NCBI GenBank assembly: GCA_033762915.1
Contig: JANRLD010000051.1
Coordinates: 1-13,517 of the forward strand
DNA from: Meiothermus sp.
GTDB taxonomy: Bacteria > Deinococcota > Deinococci > Deinococcales > Thermaceae
Reading direction: 5' to 3'
Length of the DNA: 13,517 bases
A program made the position numbers and the translations under genes. Below, piece after piece: positions 9,126-13,517 of this stretch. Each line of letters starts with the position of its first letter. The stretch's first letter is position 1. A model generated the notes under the pieces. The model had not been told where the DNA came from and did not search any database. It saw nothing but the letters and a program-made list of their open reading frames with translations.

Positions 9126-9869
9126 ATGCGTATCCTGGTCGCCAACGACGACGGAATTTTTTCGCCGGGCATCAAGGCCCTGGCCTTCGCGCTGAAGAGC
9201 CTGGGAGAGGTTAATGTGGTCGCGCCGGACGTGGAACAGTCCGGGGTGGGACACTCCATAACCTTCCGCCGCCCGCTGCGCTTCAAGCACACCAAGTCGG
9301 CAGGCTTCGGAGAGATTCCGGCCTATCGGGTCGACGGCACCCCCGCCGACTGCGTGGTGCTGGGCAGCCGTCTGCTGGGCCAACCCGACCTGGTGGTCTC
9401 GGGGATCAACATCGGGGTGAACATGGGGCTCGACCTGACCCACTCCGGCACCGTTGCGGCGGCCCTCGAGGGGGCCTCGATCGGGGTCCCCTCCATCGCC
9501 TTCAGCCTCGACGCCTCGGGCGAGGAACTGGGGTTCGAGGCCGCCGCTCAGGCCGCCGTCCCGATTGCCCGCTGGACGCTCGAGCACGGCCTTCCGCCCA
9601 ACACCCTGCTCAACGTCAACTTCCCCAACCGCCCCGCCCAGGGCCTCAGGATCACCCGTCTCTCCACCCACCGCTATGAGGACACCATCGTCGAGCGCCA
9701 AGACCCCGACGGCCGGCCCTACTACTGGGTAGCGGGAAAACCGACCGCCCAGTTGGAAGAGGGCACCGACTTCTGGGCCGTGCAGAGCGGCTACATCTCG
9801 GTCACGCCGGTCAGCCTGGACTACACCAACTACAAATTCATGGGGCAGCTCGAGGGCAGCCTGGGGTAG
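9126..9869 (+). CDS. surE: 5'/3'-nucleotidase SurE
   Basis: MRILVANDDG, VAPDVEQSG, GTPADCV, VVSGINIG.N, SGTVAAALEG, ISVTPV. Confidence 0.96.
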   Translation: MRILVANDDGIFSPGIKALAFALKSLGEVNVVAPDVEQSGVGHSITFRRPLRFKHTKSAGFGEIPAYRVDGTPADCVVLGSRLLGQPDLVVSGINIGVNMGLDLTHSGTVAAALEGASIGVPSIAFSLDASGEELGFEAAAQAAVPIARWTLEHGLPPNTLLNVNFPNRPAQGLRITRLSTHRYEDTIVERQDPDGRPYYWVAGKPTAQLEEGTDFWAVQSGYISVTPVSLDYTNYKFMGQLEGSLG

Positions 9870-9897
9870 GGACGGCGGGCTGCGGACGCCTTTCGTG

Positions 9898-9923
9898 AAC
9901 ACAAACGCCCCCTTGCGGGGGCG
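9898..9923 (-). terminator. Intrinsic terminator downstream of rplA
   Basis: CGCCCCC-GCAA-GGGGGCG (GNRA loop) followed by TTTGTGTT on the minus strand. Confidence 0.75.
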
Positions 9924-9949
9924 CTCGAGGGTTAGAGCAGCGTCCGACG

Positions 9950-10645
9950 TTAGGCGCTACTGCTGGGGCTGACCTTGATGCTCGGCCCCATCGTCGTGGT
10001 CAGGTACACCGAGCGCAGGTATGTGCCCTTGGCGGCCTCGGGCTTGGCCCCCTCGACGGCGCGGATGAAGGCCCGCACATTCTCGGCGATCTTCTCGGGG
10101 GTGAAGCTGGCCTTGCCCACCGGGCCGTGGACGACGCCAGTCTTGTCGTTGCGGAACTCGATTCGACCGGCCTTAATCTCGCGGATCAGGTCGCCGATGT
10201 TGGGGCCGACGGTCCCGGCCTTGGGGTTGGGGAGCATGCCCTTGGGGCCAAGAATGCGGCCCAGCTTGGAGCCCACCGCGCCCATCACGTCGGGAGTCGC
10301 CACCACGGCATCGAAGTCGGAGCGCCCGTCGATAATCTCCTGGATGATCTCCTCGCCCGCCGCGATATCCGCGCCCGCGTCGGCGGCCTCGCGCACCTTG
10401 TCGCCCTTGGCGATGGCGAGGACGCGCACGCTGCGGCCCGTGCCGTGGGGCAGGGCCACGGTGGAGCGCACGTTCTGGTCGGACTTCTTGGCGTCAATGC
10501 CGAGCTTGACGTGGACCTCGACGGTCTCGTCGAATTTGGCCGACTTGATCTGGGGGATCAGGGCGGCGGCCTCCTCGACCGAGTAGGTCTTGGCGGTGTC
10601 CACCTTGGCAAGGATGGCCTTGCGGCGTTTAGAAAGCTTAGGCAT
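9950..10645 (-). CDS. rplA: 50S ribosomal protein L1
   Basis: [41 protein letters not shown]. Confidence 0.98.
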   Translation of the reverse strand: MPKLSKRRKAILAKVDTAKTYSVEEAAALIPQIKSAKFDETVEVHVKLGIDAKKSDQNVRSTVALPHGTGRSVRVLAIAKGDKVREAADAGADIAAGEEIIQEIIDGRSDFDAVVATPDVMGAVGSKLGRILGPKGMLPNPKAGTVGPNIGDLIREIKAGRIEFRNDKTGVVHGPVGKASFTPEKIAENVRAFIRAVEGAKPEAAKGTYLRSVYLTTTMGPSIKVSPSSSA

Positions 10646-11075
10646 TGGGCACCCCCGTAACCTTCACGCCCATCGAACGCGCCGAACCGGCGATCATGTG
10701 GGCAGCGGCGACCTGGTCGTTGGCGTTCATGTCGGCCATCTTGACCTTGGCGATCTCGAGGCACTGATCCCAGGTAAGCGTGCCGACCTCTTTTTCGCGG
10801 CCCGTCTTGCCCGAGCCTTTATCAATCTTGGCGGCCTTGCGGATCAGGTAGGAGGCGGGAGGGGTCTTGGTGATGAAGGTGAAGGAGCGGTCGGAGAAGA
10901 TGGTGATCTCCACCGGCACGATGGCGTCGCCCTGAGAGGCGGTCACCGCGTTGAACTGCTTCACGAACTCCATGATGTTCGCGCCGTGCTGACCCAGCGC
11001 GGGCCCAACCGGGGGCGCAGGGGTCGCCTTGCCAGCCGGAAGCTGGAGCTTGACGATTGCGTTGATCTTCTTCAT
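10638..11075 (-). CDS. rplK: 50S ribosomal protein L11
   Basis: [39 protein letters not shown]; overlaps rplA by 8 nt. Confidence 0.98.
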   Translation of the reverse strand: MKKINAIVKLQLPAGKATPAPPVGPALGQHGANIMEFVKQFNAVTASQGDAIVPVEITIFSDRSFTFITKTPPASYLIRKAAKIDKGSGKTGREKEVGTLTWDQCLEIAKVKMADMNANDQVAAAHMIAGSARSMGVKVTGVPNA

Positions 11076-11087
11076 TTGTTTCTCCTT

Positions 11088-11117
11088 GGCTCCCGCAAAG
11101 TTCGCGGTGTTAGCGCC
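11088..11117 (-). promoter_or_regulatory. Candidate L1-binding translational operator in the rplK leader
   Basis: GGC-GCUAACA-CCGCGA-ACU-UUGCGG-GA-GCC directly 5' of the AAGGAG RBS. Confidence 0.5.
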
Positions 11118-11208
11118 CTGGCGCTCTCGCGCCGTCTTAGGCCTCGGGTCTAAGGCCGCTGGTCTTTAGGCGTTTTGGCCTGCGACCCTAGACCTGCGGC
11201 TGTATGAC

Positions 11209-11772
11209 CTATGCCCTTACAACCTGTGAGAATTCCAGCTCTACCGGCGTTTCACGCCCGAAGATGCTGACCAGCACCTTGACCTTCTGGCGCTCGAGGT
11301 TGACCTCGCCCACCACGCCGGTGAAGTCGGCGAAGGGACCGGCCGCCACCCGCACCACGTCGCCTTCCTTGAAGGTGACCTGGGGCTTCGGCGTGCTGCT
11401 CTCTTTCTTGGCGGCCAGACCGGCGATTTGCAGCAGGTGCTGCACCTCGTCGGGGGTCAGGGGGACGGGGCGGGTGGCGGTGCCGACGAAGCCGGTCACG
11501 CCGGGGGTGTTGCGGACCACCTCCCAGGCCTCGTTGACCTCGGCCAGGTCGTCGCCCAAGTCCACCAGGGCGTAGATGTAGCCGGGGTAGAGCTTACGGC
11601 GGACGACTTCCTTCTTGCCGCCGTCTTTGTGCTCGACCACCTCCTCGGTGGGGATGAGCACCTGGAAAATTTTGTCCTGCATCCCCAACGCCTTGACGCG
11701 CTGCTCGAGGTTCTGCTTAACTTTGTCCTCGTAGCCCACGTAGGTGTGGACGGCGTACCATTCGATGCTCAT
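11209..11772 (-). CDS. nusG: Transcription termination/antitermination factor NusG
   Basis: [48 protein letters not shown]. Confidence 0.98.
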   Translation of the reverse strand: MSIEWYAVHTYVGYEDKVKQNLEQRVKALGMQDKIFQVLIPTEEVVEHKDGGKKEVVRRKLYPGYIYALVDLGDDLAEVNEAWEVVRNTPGVTGFVGTATRPVPLTPDEVQHLLQIAGLAAKKESSTPKPQVTFKEGDVVRVAAGPFADFTGVVGEVNLERQKVKVLVSIFGRETPVELEFSQVVRA

Positions 11773-11783
11773 GCGGCCTGCCT

Positions 11784-11999
11784 TTAGCGGTTAAGGAATA
11801 GCGTCAGCCAGCGGAAGAGGGAGTCAATCCCGCCCAGCAGCAGCGTCCCCACGATGGCGAATAGGGTGATGAGCTGGGTGTACTCGATGATCTCCTGGCG
11901 CGTAGACCAGGTGACCCTCGAGAGTTCGGCCCGCGCCTCGCGGAAGTAGTTGGTGATCCGCTGGAGGGGGGTGCGCTTGGGTGCGGCGTTCTCGGCCAT
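11784..11999 (-). CDS. secE: Preprotein translocase subunit SecE
   Basis: [14 protein letters not shown] motif, single TM segment, position between rpmG and nusG. Confidence 0.95.
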   Translation of the reverse strand: MAENAAPKRTPLQRITNYFREARAELSRVTWSTRQEIIEYTQLITLFAIVGTLLLGGIDSLFRWLTLFLNR

Positions 12000-12007
12000 A
12001 TCCGCCC

Positions 12008-12172
12008 TTAGACCTTGACTTCCTTGTGGACCGTATGCTTATTGTCCCAGGGGCAGAACTTCCGCAGCTCGATCTTGGCGGTGGTGTTGCGGCGGTTCTT
12101 CTCCGTCGCGTAGTTGCGCCGCTTGCATTCGGTACACTCGAGCAGCAGCTTGATTCGGACTTCGCTTGCCAT
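12008..12172 (-). CDS. rpmG: 50S ribosomal protein L33, 54 aa
   Basis: [26 protein letters not shown]...[17 protein letters not shown]. Confidence 0.97.
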   Translation of the reverse strand: MASEVRIKLLLECTECKRRNYATEKNRRNTTAKIELRKFCPWDNKHTVHKEVKV

Positions 12173-12217
12173 AGTCTCACCTACTCCGGCGGCCAGACCC
12201 AGCCGACACAAGGGAAC

Positions 12218-12226
12218 AGTCTAGCA
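12218..12226 (-). promoter_or_regulatory. Extended -10 (TGcTAGACT) for rpmG-secE-nusG
   Basis: TGnTAnnnT located between the post-tuf hairpin and rpmG. Confidence 0.5.
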
Positions 12227-12266
12227 CATCAACCGCCGCAGGGTGGGCAGTGCCCACCGAAACGGG

Positions 12267-12292
12267 AAAGGGGCGGCCCTCCGGGCCGCCCC
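12267..12292 (-). terminator. Terminator-like hairpin after tuf
   Basis: 10-bp stem GGGGCGGCCC/GGGCCGCCCC (12270-12292) followed by TTT on the minus strand. Confidence 0.7.
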
Positions 12293-12299
12293 GAAAACC

Positions 12300-13517
<1,218 letters not shown>

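Noticed and set aside
9870..9950. rplJ-rplL-rpoB absent after rplA
   Set aside because: The same split is known in Thermus thermophilus, so it is a lineage feature and not novel.
12000..12007. Expected tRNA-Trp between rpmG and secE
   Set aside because: The gap is only 8 nt; no tRNA cloverleaf seen anywhere in the window.

Overview
GC-rich bacterial chromosomal window, most likely from the Thermaceae (Meiothermus/Calidithermus-like). The basis is that L33, EF-Tu and the tuf-rpmG-secE-nusG-rplK-rplA order closely resemble Thermus. The right third is conserved housekeeping (tuf, rpmG, secE, nusG, rplK, rplA, convergent surE). The middle holds two DinB-superfamily genes, a lipoprotein, pgm and a membrane GGDEF protein. 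The left part is accessory: a large ArsR-HTH regulator, a 60-aa ORF, an SRPBCC-PDZ-DinB fusion, a PIG-L/BshB-like deacetylase, and a sulfide:quinone oxidoreductase gene cut by an IS200/IS605-family element whose tnpA start (missed by the ORF track) runs off the left edge. Highlights: (1) about 44 copies of the palindrome CTCGAG, roughly 10-fold over expectation, a HIP1-like signal absent from tuf; (2) a candidate mini-regulon marked by three ATAG-N8-CTAT operators; (3) an IS left end with a matching TCAA target and GATT guide inside sqr; (4) a CsoR/CstR-type operator before sqr; (5) a circularly permuted L1-binding-like motif before rplK.
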